Assembly (NCBI RefSeq): GCF_006345805.1 | Contig: NC_043000.1 | Location: 90,768,001-90,832,000, forward strand | Source: Octopus sinensis | Lineage: Eukaryota | Reading direction: 5' to 3' | DNA: 64,000 nt | Shown here: positions 43,323-57,678 of the stretch, in pieces | Numbering within the stretch: the stretch's first letter is position 1 | Layout: each line of letters opens with the position of its first letter | The notes under the pieces: generated by a model | Told to the model about the DNA's origin: nothing | The model's database searches: none | What the model saw: only the letters and a program-made list of their open reading frames with translations | Position numbers and translations under genes: made by a program

Positions 43323-44170
43323 TTCATGATAATAATAATGATGAGAAAAACTAACAGCAACAGCAATATGAATTATGTTTGGGATTTGGATACAAAGTGT
43401 GCAACGTTGAGGAAGCGAGTAGTTGATGACATGGACCCAGTGCTTGACTGGCTCATTAGTTTATGGAAGCCATAAGGATAAGCCGTAAAGTTCATACCTC
43501 AATAGGATTTGAACTGAGAGTACCAAGCCGGAATAAATAATGCTAAACATTTTGTTCGGCATCCTAACGATTCTTCCGGAACGCCACCTTATAACATTAA
43601 TAATAATCATTTCAACTAAAATACACGATCTGAAAATATGTAGGAGCTGCTTGTCGATTTCATCGACCCCAATGTACAACTGGTACTTATTTTATCTGTC
43701 CCGAATGAATGAAGGAAAATGTTGACCACGGCGGAATTTGAAATCAGAAGGTAAAGACGGACGAAATGCCGCTAATTATTTTGCTTGGGGTGCGAACAGA
43801 AAGAGCATGCTGTTTTGTCCGACGTAATAACAAACCAACTCGCTATCTCTCTATCTTTATGTATTTGTACTTGATTCAGTCAGAGGACTGCGAGCGACCA
43901 TGTTGTGAAACCGTCTTGAGGAGGGAAAGTCGAGCAAGTCGACCCGAGTATTTATTATATAAATTTCGTACTTATTCTGTCAGTCGTTTTGCCGAATCAC
44001 TAGCTTACAGAGATGTAAACAAAACAACAGTGGTCGTCAAGTTGTGGTAAGGACAAACATAAACACAACGACACCCTTCATATATATATATATATATATA
44101 TATATCATTTATATTATTATTTGATTGAATGCCACGCATCCATTTCCAAGTAAGTTTATCTGTCTGTTTA

Positions 44171-44510
<340 letters not shown>

Positions 44511-44811
44511 ATATATATATATAAATTTTTTTATATATAGTTATTGGAAAATTGGATCTCCTCGTTTGGTAGTTAGGCTTCTTCGGGTTATTAAGGGTTT
44601 TTTTCCTCTCTGATTTAGGGGAGGTAATCCGTCTTCATTAACGTTTCTTTGTTAGGAAGTATTCCTCAAGTTCTGAGTTTTCTCACGTCTGCGCTATACC
44701 TATTTTGAATTTTGTATTTATATAGAGTCCGACGAGCTGTCCACAAGGATTTGCTTTGTGGAGGCGAAACCTTGAGTAACACTTTGTTGAAGATATTGAA
44801 TTTTAGTTGAA

Positions 44812-44887
<76 letters not shown>

Positions 44888-45902
44888 CACATGTATACAT
44901 ATATACATACATATATACATATGTGTGTGTGTGCGTTGCATGGAGATGAAATAACCACGAGAATTTACAATACATAAAAGGCAATCATAAATCAACCACT
45001 TTCCTTCATAGATATATATTATATTGGTACTGTCAAGTGTGTTATGATAAAAACTAAGGAAAAACAAGGGTACGCAGGCAAGATACTGCTGGACGCATAG
45101 TGACATATTTGTGTCTTTGAACCAGTGGTGCTGCTGGTACATCGACGGCGGCAATTTTGGTTTTACCAACATCAATGCCATTGGTACAAAGAGAGTTGAA
45201 CTAGACGGAGAAATAGCTATTACTTCAACCTTGTGGTAACGATTTGGTTTGGGAAATGTTAGTGGTAATATATACAATGTATTGATGATCTGTTGTTTAG
45301 AACGGAAAGTTAGAGATTAAAACTCTTCAAAAGAGATATCTGTCTGAGAAAAAAATAGACGAAAGTAAAACAAAAACGAAGTAAAATCAATAGAAACTTT
45401 CAAAGACATCCATTCATACAACGTATCAAGACAAACAGAAGTAAAACTGGAAAAGATAAAAAGAAACTGAATATCCATGAAAATAAATAAAAGCATACAT
45501 CAAACGATCCTTCCTGACACATAAGACTTGCTCAGTCTCTCTTTCTCTCTCACATACAAACATGCGCACGCGATCAATACAGACATTCTACAAAACATAG
45601 ATTCACATTTACTCACTTAATCCACTCTAGGAAATCCAAGACATACGTCTACATAAAGATGACATATTAATTGCTCTTAACATAAATACAAAACCTTAAA
45701 TTTGGGTGCAGTGGGGTTAGTCGATTATAAGGACCTTAGTACTACTTCATTGGTGCGTTATTTTATTGGCACCAGAAAGCAAACTTGTCCTCGGTGGCAC
45801 TTGAACGTACAGAGCCGGAATAAATACAGCGAGACATTTTTCCAAATCTCTAACGCTGCTGCCAACCTAATGTTCTAAAAAAGACGAAGGTGATTATGAT
45901 TA

Positions 45903-45903
45903 A

Positions 45904-45960
<57 letters not shown>

Positions 45961-45963
45961 GCT

Positions 45964-45998
<35 letters not shown>

Positions 45999-46283
45999 GC
46001 TACCTTCCTTCCTCACTCCCGCTTTTCGTCGTCATCTTCAACGTTTACTTTCTGCGAAGCAAATTTTCGAAGAAATTTGAAAACAAAAAGGTTTGTATCA
46101 TCCCTAAAATGGGGCTTTGGTTAAAAGAAGGGCAGCTGGCTTGCAAAACGATTTAAACAACAACATACAGTATAGAACCTTTTAAACAAGTCAATTAGTC
46201 ATAAACTTACAGCGCTCCAAAATACACCACAAGCTATGGCGACAATAATAATAATAATGATAATAATAATGATAATAATAATG

Positions 46284-46349
<66 letters not shown>

Positions 46350-46350
46350 T
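45903..46350. repeat. (CTA)n-(CTG)n and (ATA)n microsatellites
   Basis: Direct sequence; blocks at 45903-45980 and 46240-46350. Confidence 0.9.
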
Positions 46351-47055
46351 ATTTCTAATATAGGCACAATGCCTGATATTTTGGAGGAGATATTGAGTCG
46401 ATTACAACGACTCCAGTACAGACTGGTACGCTATTTTATCGATCCCGAAAGGATGAAGGGCAGAGTCGTCCTCAGTGGTATTTGAACTCAGAAGCCGTAA
46501 GAAATACTGCTAAAGGTTTTGTCCGGCGTACAAATTATTCTGCGAGAACGATGGTAATAATAACTAGCTGCTTAACATCAAAAAAGCACCATCAACAAAG
46601 CACCAAGGCATTGTTTTAAGATCTAATGTTACAATTAATGTACAGAAAACAAGCTGAGCAACGTGTATTTTGTGAAGTGTACCTATAACCTGCGGTCCAT
46701 AAACCGACAAAAACAAAAGAAACAAATCAGACGGACCGTCAAATATTTTTTCTGTTTAAATAACTTTTCGCTTACTTTCACTTTTTCTAGTTCAGTCACA
46801 TTCCCTCACTCCTTATATACATACATACGTACATACATACATACATAAGAACACACAAACATATACATGTATACTTACATACATACATATATATATATTA
46901 TATATATATATATATATATTATATATTATATATTATATATATATATAAATTGTAAATTTATATATATTTTTTCTCTTACGAGGTTTTTCACGCTAACTAC
47001 TGATAATTTCTTTTAAAGATTTTATCCTCTTTTAAGATTTAATCCTCAATTGTTA

Positions 47056-47124
<69 letters not shown>

Positions 47125-47894
47125 TATATATGTATAAACATATATATATATATATATACATACATACATATAGATATGCATACATACACACATGTGCGTG
47201 TGTGCCTGTATGCATTATTGCTTTGCCGTATGCATGTATATATGAATATAAATATGTATGTGTTTGTATGTGTGTATGTATATATATATATATATAATTG
47301 TTATTACGTTTTTATAACCTTCAAGAGGTGAAAAATACTTTTTAGAGTATAACACTATAAAATGCAAAAACTTTACTATCGTCTGACGAATATCATTCTC
47401 CGTAATTTCTCTCATTGGCGATATTCAATTTCGAAACTTTAGGTATAGTTTCTGGAAGACTTTCGAGGAGGAAATATGTATTATGAACTTTCAGCGTATA
47501 TAAAACCGTTGGTACAAAACAAGGAACCTTTCCTATGAGCCATATTAACTTACACAAATACCTTTTATCAGGGATTAACAAATCTATGACAAAAAAAAAA
47601 AATAATTAAAAAGAACTGACAGCGATAGCTTAAATCTTGTCAACACCAAAGACAAACAAACATACAAGCAAATTAATAAATAGATAAATAATTTACTGTC
47701 TGTACAAAGAGGGAGTGAACAAGATTACATAGCATCACAATAGGATATGTTCTGAAGAATTCTGTAAATAAACACATCCATATTTTTTCCTTCTTGAAGT
47801 ATTCAGTAGTTTACTTTTTCAGTGACAGCTTAGTTTATAAGAACGAACTCACATAAATACATACATATATTTATATCTGCGTAAAACACACACA

Positions 47895-47954
<60 letters not shown>

Positions 47955-48291
47955 ACACACACACCTATATGTATCTTTGCATATTTATATATAAAACTTT
48001 GTGCAAGTTCATAGAGCGTGGCGTGGGCAAAAGTAGGTACATAGTTGCTTAATATGAGTTCTTTTCGTTTCTTCATTTGTTTTTTAAACCTAAGCAATTC
48101 ATACATCGACTATGGGAGATGCGGCAGACGCCTGGTCCATTGGAAGTTCTCTTTTATGGTTTCTGGTTGCTTTGATTGAATATTTGAGTCAAACAACTGT
48201 ATACCAATGTATTCCCATCCCTGTATATATACTTATATACGTGTGTGTATATATATATAACGTATATGAGCATATATATATATATATATAT

Positions 48292-48500
48292 ACCGGAGTA
48301 AACACATAATTGTGAAACAAGGCGGAAATAAGAGTACTCAAATACCAGGGGTAGAGTAATATGCTTTATTTAAAAGCAGCAGAAATTCAACAAGACATGT
48401 TACTCAGAGTTTCACGTTCCCGTTTGTCGGACGAACGGGAACGGGAAACTCCGATTAACAGGTTTTGTTGAAGTTCTGGTGCTTTTAAATAAAGTATATA
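48292..48500. mobile_element. (TA)n-flanked element with ~65-bp fold-back inversion centred on a hammerhead-like motif
   Basis: 48364-48424 is the imperfect reverse complement of 48434-48494; the minus arm reads gt-CCGACAA-acg-ggaa-cgt-GAAA-ctctgag-TA-ac. Confidence 0.65.
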
Positions 48501-49795
48501 TATATATATGTGTGTGTGTGTGTGGTGTGTGTGTAAACAATATATGTTCTATGTATGTGGAAAGAGTAATGGAGAGGAGACCTACAGTATATGTAGATAG
48601 AAACAGTTAGATGTTAGTTTCATACGAAATCTCAATATCCTTTTTATCGCTTTCATGATTACATTTATTAAACTTTTACATTTAGCTTGGTGAAAAGGGA
48701 CTAGAATCGCTTTCAGTAATATGTTTTATACAAAAGATCACATCTTTTAACCAAATGTTAGAACTATTGAAGAGAATTATATGTAATATAACCTAGAATA
48801 ACTGTGAGTAATGTCTAGTTAAACATATATCACTTATACACAGATTATAGTCACAAATTCACTATATAAAGTAGAGTTTCTCAACCGGGATTCCACGGAA
48901 CCCTAGTGTTCCGTAAAACGTTCCTAGGGGTTCCGCGAGAAAGAGTGAGATAAGCTAATGCTAATTTCATGATCGTAATATTACTATACATGCACAACAT
49001 ATTGGTTATTGTAATATTGGAACCTGTAATTCATTTTAAGGGTTACGCAAGGGTAAGAATGTTGTGAAATACCGACATAAAGCATCAGTAATATACTGAA
49101 TCAGAGTTACCAGCCAGCATTTAGAGCTGATGTTCTGGTCATCACCGAAATCAAGATACCTAAATGAAATATTTTTTTGTACTCGCTGGTATTTTCAATG
49201 ATTTATATAATTGCATGTAATTACTAAAGTTTTTAAATAATTTTCAAAATATTTGAAATATAAATTATAAAAAAAAAAACAGTATTGAATGAAAAGACAA
49301 ATATTTTAAATATTTTATAAATATTTATCGTCGTGAAATTATATCGCTTACGTTTGGAATTAAAAACTAAAATTCTTTCTTGCAATTGCAAAAAAAAAGA
49401 CAAAAAGAAAAAAATCGGAAAAGAAAGAAAAAAGCACCCGTTACGAAGGTATGCAAAATTAATACCCAAACGTTATTTTTTGATTATTAAAGGAAAAACT
49501 TGAAGAAATCAAATCAAATAACAGAAAAACAAGTAGAAAGGAGGGGAGAGAATGTGACATTAAAGTACAAATAAGTAGATACAACGACAACAACAACAAA
49601 AATTAACATTAAGGATAATAATAAAAGATTAAAAGTATAAAGATTTTCTCACATCCGTTTTTAAAATTCTAATTTTTTTTTTGAAAAAACAAGAAAATAA
49701 AAATGAAGCCAACACGGAAACAGAAATGAAAATTCTAATATGCAATATTTCATTCTCAGAAAATGATTACACAGAATCCGCTAGAAAGATGTGAG

Positions 49796-49891
<96 letters not shown>

Positions 49892-49929
49892 TAACAACAA
49901 CAACTACAACAGCAACAACAACAACAGCA

Positions 49930-49963
<34 letters not shown>

Positions 49964-50299
49964 AGTTTTTGTTAGCCTCAAGGGTTCTTATATACACATA
50001 AAACATATATGGGCGTTACAAAACCGTGAGTGGCTGTACAAAAGACAGTTATATACAAACTAGGGAAGGTGTAGAAATATTATATAAGGCTTATACTAAA
50101 AATTGAATTTAATTAAAACAGCGAAATGAAATAAAATAAAAGATTATATAAAACTATAGACGAATTAAAATGAGATAAATTTTTAAAAAGTATGTAAAAA
50201 GCAAATTAGGTAACACATCTCGTCACTGGTGAGAAACTATTTTCAAAGTTAGATCAGAGCAGTCCATTACTATAAACCTGATTGTCTTCAGTTAGCACA

Positions 50300-51250
50300 T
50301 CGTCTGTATTGTCTTCCTATAGATACTTAAACAGATCCTTCTGGAACCCGTGAGTTTTTGACACTATTTGTTAGGATCATCTTTCATTTTCGCACTTCTT
50401 TTTGCCGTCAGCCACTGTCTGAAATCTCTCTTGCTTCTCTATTCACTCAGTAATTCCAAGATGATGGCGTATAGCTCTTCGGATGAGAGGAGGAGGCTGT
50501 GTTTTCTGGGTGTCAGCCACCTAGTTACAGCGATGTCAGTAAAGGCGAGACCGTTTTATGGGTGTCCTTGAAATTTTATAGAATCTGGAATTTTATAGAA
50601 CCTCCAGTTTTGGGGCTTAGTTGTCGTTGTTGTAGCCTGTATTGCTTTGTGTAATTTCCCTCTTCACCTGCTTATTCAGTTCTTCAGAGTGAAAAGCTCT
50701 CAAGTGGATATTACAGCTATATGAATAGCAAATAATCTCAATACTCTGTATCAATAATCATATCGCTTTGTTCTATGTCTATGATGGAGTATAGCCGTAG
50801 AATACTTGTGATTTGTCTGGGGTGATGACCTATCAGGCTTTACATGTACATGCAGACGGTCACTTAGCAATAAATCAGTTTGGTCAACTCTGCCCTCACA
50901 ACCTGCTCCTACTGTGCCATATACTGATGAGGAAACCAATGTCAAATATCACTAACAATGCATTTGCCATCACACCTTGTGTTCCACCATCTCATATATT
51001 ACTCCATAAAAGTTTTGGAAGTTGTATGACCTATCTCGGTCTTGAAGATGAAACATAAATCTCGTATAACTGCCCTTGATCGGTGGAAACTAAAATATAT
51101 TTGTCGGGCTTTCTTTCAATTGCAAATTTTTGTCATTCGAAAATAAACAAGAAAAAAAAAGGCAAATGAAAATAGAATTACAAACTTTATTGGCGGAAAT
51201 TAGACTAAAAAAACTTACCATGGCTGAAATCTCGCAAGCCTCAACAGAGA
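50300..51250 (-). mobile_element. highly degraded LINE (RT C-terminal region)
   Basis: Frameshifted remnants resembling FADDI..GLHVNVxK, LLYGCESWTL..DGxYT and GRP..EEL..DR..W on the minus strand. Confidence 0.4.
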
Positions 51251-51937
51251 GGAATTAGACGAGAGCGAAATCTATAAATGGTTGAAAGCTCATACAGACC
51301 TGGTTCTAGCGGTACAAAACCACTGACAACTTACAAACAATCACAAAGTAAAGTAGTGAAAGAGAATGTTAACATCACATGATGAGTATGCGACCAGTTC
51401 AGTTCAGAATGTGATCATACTATCTGAATCTGCAGAGTCTTCAATTACGAATACATGCAGATGTATAGATATACTATCCATTCGACGTGAAAAGTAATAG
51501 TAGAAACTTGCATCATATACGGTATTTGACTACAATCAGTGAAAGCCAACTGGATTGTGCCAGGTGAAAATGATAAAGACATCAAAGGAAAGGACCAGAT
51601 AAAATAATCTGGGCCTTGAAATATAATACCAACTCGCTGTTAGACATTGCCTTCCGTTTTAACAAAAAGGTTGCCCGAAGGGAGCTGAGAGAAAGCTGTC
51701 AAAATCAAAGTATCTAAAAATTGAAATGGACTGGATATGAGACATGAAAGTAAAAGTGAAGCACAAATAATAAAGGGAGCTTTAGACATAATTCCAAATA
51801 TAGACCCATACATGGCATAGTAGGTGTCACAACTTCATATACCATCCAAAATATAGTTCCCTTTACTGGATACAATATATGCACACTACTTTCACTTAAC
51901 AACACAACTCAGAATACAGTCTGCTCACAACGCATAT

Positions 51938-52238
51938 GTTTGTTCCTTCTCGAGCCATGCCTGGGTCATAAGGGCCGGTTTCCCGGTTTCCTTGGCGTAT
52001 AGGTTCTCCACCTGGACGGGACGCCGGTCCGTCACAGGTGAGCTGCAAGATGCAGGATGAAAGAGTGAGAGAAAGTTGTGGCGAAAGAGTCAACTGAAGT
52101 TCGCCTTTACTTTCTACCGGAGCCGCGTGGAGCTTAGGTGTTTCACTCATAAACACACACATGGCCTGGTCTGAGATTGGAACCCGCGATCCCTCGACCG
52201 CGAGTCCGCTGCTCTAACCACTAGGTCATGTGCCTCCA
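51938..52238 (-). mobile_element. SINE family A with 14-bp TSD
   Basis: CTCACAACGCATAT at 51924-51937 and 52239-52252; tRNA-like head at the right end. Confidence 0.9.
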
Positions 52239-53330
52239 CTCACAACGCATATCTTGTACAATAACCGTTCATCAAAATAACGCAGCCGGCTCACTGAACC
52301 CAAATAAAAGGAACAACCAATAAAATAACAGAAAACATGTTCTTAAATTACTTTTAGCCGACACTGTAATAATAGCAAATCATACAATTCGCATTCTAAA
52401 CAACTATAATTCATTAAAACTTATGAAACCAGGCGACACATGCTTTACACAATCACAGTCTGACACTGAAATATATAGTAGCAAACACACATGTTGTCAC
52501 GTTCCATATATTTTACAAAACAGAAGAAACATGAGGAGAACACCACAATTAACAAACCAAATCTCATAGCAACGCAGAACTGATGAAGTAAATACATAAA
52601 GTCCTAAATCACCATATGACACAGATAGCCGCTGCTGGAGCAGAAATATTTACTCGGTAATGACATGGGAACCAGTATGAAACTTAAAATTCATCATAAC
52701 TTTTAATTTCCACAGGGGCACCAGATGGTAGAACCTTATAGAAGAGATAATAAAATAAATGCAAGGGAGTTAGTTTAAAACTGAATTAGGAAAAGATAAA
52801 AAGTAAAAAAAGAATACAATAATATTTGATTGAAAAAGCAAAGAGGAGTAATGTCATCAAGGGGAAACTAAATCATGAATTACTATGACTTCCAGATCAA
52901 GTGCTCTGACTCAGCTTTCCTACTGTATTTTAGTAACCTATTGACTATAATACATAAATATAGATAATCTGTTTCACCTCATATTACGTAATAAGCTATT
53001 CCTTCTTACAATCGAATAATCTCCTATTTACATATTTATATAGCTAATAATTAATAATTACAAACATATTTACTACATTATAACAAATACCCATATATTT
53101 TTTCCTTTTCTAACGTATTAACTGAACAATTCTAAACATTAAGCATCCCAAAACATAACCCTAATAACTTATCTTTTCTATTAGTATTTATTTATTAAAA
53201 TCATATAACTTGACAAAGAGTCTATATATATAATTATAGCTATATAAGTTGTGTTGATATACGCAGCATGTGTATTTGTTTATATGTGTATGTATATATA
53301 AATGAATAAATAAACATATATATATATTAT

Positions 53331-53408
<78 letters not shown>

Positions 53409-53539
53409 TATTCAAATGAATACGTGTGAGTAAGTATGTGCAGATATATATGTGCCAATGTGCAATATACATTAAAATATATATTGATGAATAACGGTTT
53501 ATAATTAAGGCTTACAAGATATATATTATAACGGTCAAT

Positions 53540-53964
53540 TTTCAAACTTGACTGGGACTGACATCAACTTGTTCTGCTATGTCAGAGGCATTGCAACGAG
53601 GATTATCCTCCACACTTCTCTTAGCAAAGCAAAGGGTCCTATCAGAAGGCCCATGTTGATCTGGGCGAGGTGCAGTGGACTCCTTCTCTCTCTAGTGAAT
53701 TGCACAATCACAATCACCGTAGAAAGCGGTAACCTAAGATTTCCTGCGATTTTACGCTGACTATGTCCACCTTCAGAATGACCCACAATACGGCCTCTTT
53801 GAATTTCAGACAACTCTAAAGTTTCTTTTGTGCATGGCACGATTAAAACAGTCACATATAGAACCTGAAACATAAACATGTCAATGAAAAATATAAACCT
53901 GTACAGATTAAAATAAACATAAAAAGATGTTTTATGGGGTGTATATTTGCTTCCACCACGTCTG
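53540..53964 (-). mobile_element. Tc1-like transposon 5' fragment
   Basis: TA|CAGACGTGGTGGAAGCAAATATACACCCC terminus; [37 protein letters not shown]; frameshifted and truncated. Confidence 0.75.
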
Positions 53965-54004
53965 TATATATATATATATATTATATATATATATATATAT
54001 ATAT

Positions 54005-54229
54005 CTTTTTTCTGTTTTCTCTTTTACTTGTTTCAGTCATTTGACTGCGGCCATGCTGGAGCACCGCCTTTAATCGAGCAACTCGACCCCGGGACTTATT
54101 CTTTTGTAAGCCCAATACTTATTCTATCGGTCTATTTTGCCGAACTGCTAAGTAACGGGGACATAAACACACCAGCATCGGTTGTCAAGCAATGCTAGGG
54201 GGACAAACACAGACACACAAACACACACA

Positions 54230-54285
<56 letters not shown>

Positions 54286-54454
54286 CATATATACGACGGG
54301 CTTCTTTCAGTTTCCATCTAGCAAATCCACTCACAAGGCATTGGTCGGCCCGACGCTATAGCTGAAGACACGTACCCAAGGTGCCACGCAGTGGGACTGA
54401 ACCCGGAACCATGTGGTTGGTAAACAAGCTACTTACCATACAGCCAATCCTGCG

Positions 54455-54458
<4 letters not shown>
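54005..54458 (-). mobile_element. SINE family B, full length, with central (CA)/(TA) microsatellite; second head at ~54595-54745
   Basis: Reverse complement head GGCGCAGGATTGGCTGTATGGTAAGTAGCTTG; (TA)n at ~54235-54290 lies between the two halves. Confidence 0.85.
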
Positions 54459-54550
<92 letters not shown>

Positions 54551-56043
54551 CATATACATATGAGAGACAAGTTAAAATAATGGTTATTACATATAACTCC
54601 TTTATTCAGTTTCCGTCTACGTAATCCGTTCACAAGGCTGTTGTAGGACCGAGGGTATAGCAAAAGACGCTTGTCCGAGGTGCCATGTTGTAGGACTGAA
54701 CCGGGGACTATGTGGTTGGGAAGCAAGTTTCCTATCACACAATCACCATTCGTATGTGTGGATATACGTACGTATGTTGCATAGCTACATTTTATATTGA
54801 GATGATGCCGTAGGGAGGTTATTTAGGCATCTTTAAGGGATGACATACTATCATAAAAGTTATGTACTTTAAACGAATAAATGCATATCCAATAATAAGG
54901 AAACTAAAAGCAATAACAACAGAATCGCTAACAAGAACAATAATACGACTAACAACAAGAAGCCTAATAACAACCACAGCAAAAATTTTGGGGCTTGTAG
55001 AAACAAATCATTACGTATGTTATTTATATTTTTTATTCAATTGATTTGTCATTAAAAAGAGACAGGAAGTGATTATACTGAAGAGAGAGAGAGAGAGAGA
55101 GAGAGTAAGAAGTAGAGACAGGTGTAGGAGAAAATACGTATATACAGAGTGGGGGAATGAGCGCCAGCAAAATGATGACGTAGTTACTTTGAAAGGAATT
55201 CAGGCCCATAGGCAATTAATGCATTGCTTTAATGTGGGAAAATAAAGAAATATTGCAGTGGGAAAAATGTAAGAAATTTGTAACATATTTTCAATAGATA
55301 AACAAATATGATTTTTAAAAAACAGGGTCGTAGGGAAAAAAATAACACAATCTGCATATTATGAAGTTAATGGCGTACATCCGTCAATATTAACCACAAA
55401 ATCATGAACACACACACATAAAGAAGCATATTACAAATACATAGATAAAGCATGATAAGACCAATTAAAAACTGAGATTTCACAGCGATGTTACTGTGGG
55501 AGTCCCAATGCTTGGAATGTAAATTTCCAAGCGATATTTAGTAACTTCTTTTAACGTTCTGAGGTTCAAATTAATCTGAGCCCACTTTGGTTTTTAAAAT
55601 TATCTAGAGTCGATAACATTTGATTTTATCCTATCAAGAACTAGAGCCGATTTGGCAATCAAGCCTCCTCTAAAATTTAAGATCTACTGTCTATCTAAGA
55701 AATAATTAATTATTATCAACTTAAATATAGGTATTGAGTATTTCTACTTTTTTCTCTCGGTTCCTCTAAATCACATTTCTCACTTTCTGTGGAATGAAAT
55801 AAAATGTAAAAACGTGGGCATCTTACATAAACACTGATGGCCTTCGACGCTTTCTATCCAAAGAATTTTAAACCTAATGTTTATACGTTATTATTTATAG
55901 CGTTACCGATTCGAGATTCACCGTTCCTAAAAAGAATTATATCTATACGTGAAAATATAGACGTATACACACAGACACACACACACACACACTCACATAT
56001 ACATATATAATATATATGTATGTGTACATATATATTCCTATAC

Positions 56044-56075
<32 letters not shown>

Positions 56076-56144
56076 TTATATTATTATACACATATATATA
56101 CACGTACACGCACCACACACATATATATATAGATACATACATAC

Positions 56145-56216
<72 letters not shown>

Positions 56217-57160
56217 AATTTATATATAGAGGGCATATACATACATGCCAGAAGGCATTATACATACATGCCAAACGCTAAGAGGGACAATTAGTCATTT
56301 CTACCAAAAATATTACTAATCCCACCGAATGCAATTTTTCAAAGTAAGACATTTAAAAAAATATAGACCTGTATCACAGTGATTTCATACTTACGTACTC
56401 ATCACTGTGATACAGGTCTATATTTTTTTTAATGTCTTACTTTGAAAAATTGCATTCGGTGGATAGTAATATTTTTGGTAGAAATGACTAATTGTCCCTC
56501 TTAGCGTTTGGCATGTATGTATAATGCCTTCTGGCATGTATGTATAATGCCCTCTATATATAAATTAATATGTTCAATAAGAAATAATTTTTTCGAAATT
56601 TTTTCTCTTATGAGGTTTTTACGCTATCTACCTGACAATTTCTTGTTAAGTTTCCTTATTAAGTAGTTGTCCTTATTGCTAAATTTTTATTCCGAAAAAA
56701 CTTTTCCTCTCCCGAAATGCAATTCGTAAAAGTTTGCCATTTATCCGGATGTAATATATGTAAACTCACCCATGTGCTTCGTTGATGTTGAGCAGTTAGC
56801 TGATCGGCTTAAGCGGGGCAGGGTCGTTGTTTATTTATAATACATTCAGGCCTGCTGATGAGTACGTAAGTATGAAATCACTGTGATACAGGTCTATATT
56901 TTTTTAATGTCTTACTTGAAAAATTGCATTCGGTGGGATTATAATATTTTTGGTAGAAATGACTAATTGTCCCTCTTAGCGTTTGGCATGTATGTATAAT
57001 GCCTTCTGGCATGTATGTATAATGCCCTCTATATATAAATTAATATGTTCAATAAGAAATAATTATTTTCGAAATTTTTTCTCTTATGAGGTTTTTACGC
57101 TATCTACCTGACAATTTCTTGTTAAGTTTTCCTTATTAAGTAGTTGTCCTTAATTGCTAA
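56217..57160 (+). mobile_element. retrozyme/Penelope-pLTR-like element: inverted arm + 476-bp direct repeat with hammerhead
   Basis: 56217-56383 is the reverse complement of 56401-56566; 56401-56675 is repeated at 56877-57160 (period 476); HHR at 56848-56895; (TA)n on both flanks. Confidence 0.75.
56848..56895 (+). ncRNA. type I hammerhead ribozyme, canonical core
   Basis: aggcctg-CTGATGA-gtac-GTAA-gtat-GAAA-tcactgtga-TA-caggtct: 7-bp stem I, 4-bp stem II with GNRA loop, stem III, AUA cleavage triplet (predicted cut after 56888). Confidence 0.85.
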
Positions 57161-57592
57161 ATATATATATATATATTTGTAAAAAATGAAGTTCGAAAAT
57201 GCTGCTGTATTATACAATTTTTAATTTTTATATATACATTATAACATGTTTCAGTTCCTGAAATGAACCTTATCAAAAAAAGTTATATATAAAAAAAGAC
57301 AGCTCATGCCGTCAAATACAAGAAATTCATTTATAATACACAACAGAGTCAGACATCTTAGAGTTCATGTATAGTTGATATATAGTTTGAAGTAAGTTCA
57401 TTCATGCTATATGTTCAAAGTGTTCGATGTAGTGGCCCACGGTGGCGATACGTATTCAATACAAAAAACAGATCAAAGTGGTGGAAAGCGGTCAATACAG
57501 AAGATTGATGTTTCCGAAAGAGCGAGGAATTCATTTTTACCTTAAGCAATTGTGATGACCCATGGTGGATGTTCGCTGGGTGGTTCTAGTGA

Positions 57593-57678
<86 letters not shown>

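Noticed and set aside
45126-45235. Candidate 110-nt plus-strand exon (AG..WCCWYIDGGNFG..|GTAAC)
   Set aside because: Isolated; no recognisable homology or partner exons; splice-like sites are common by chance.
48868-49076. hAT-like MITE (GTTTCTCAACC.. / ..TGTTGTGAAATAC)
   Set aside because: Right TIR too degenerate and no 8-bp TSD identified; plausible but unsupported.
49130-49160. Short 5S-like string TTCTGGTCATCACCGAAATCAAG
   Set aside because: Only ~20 nt with mismatches; flanks do not align to 5S.
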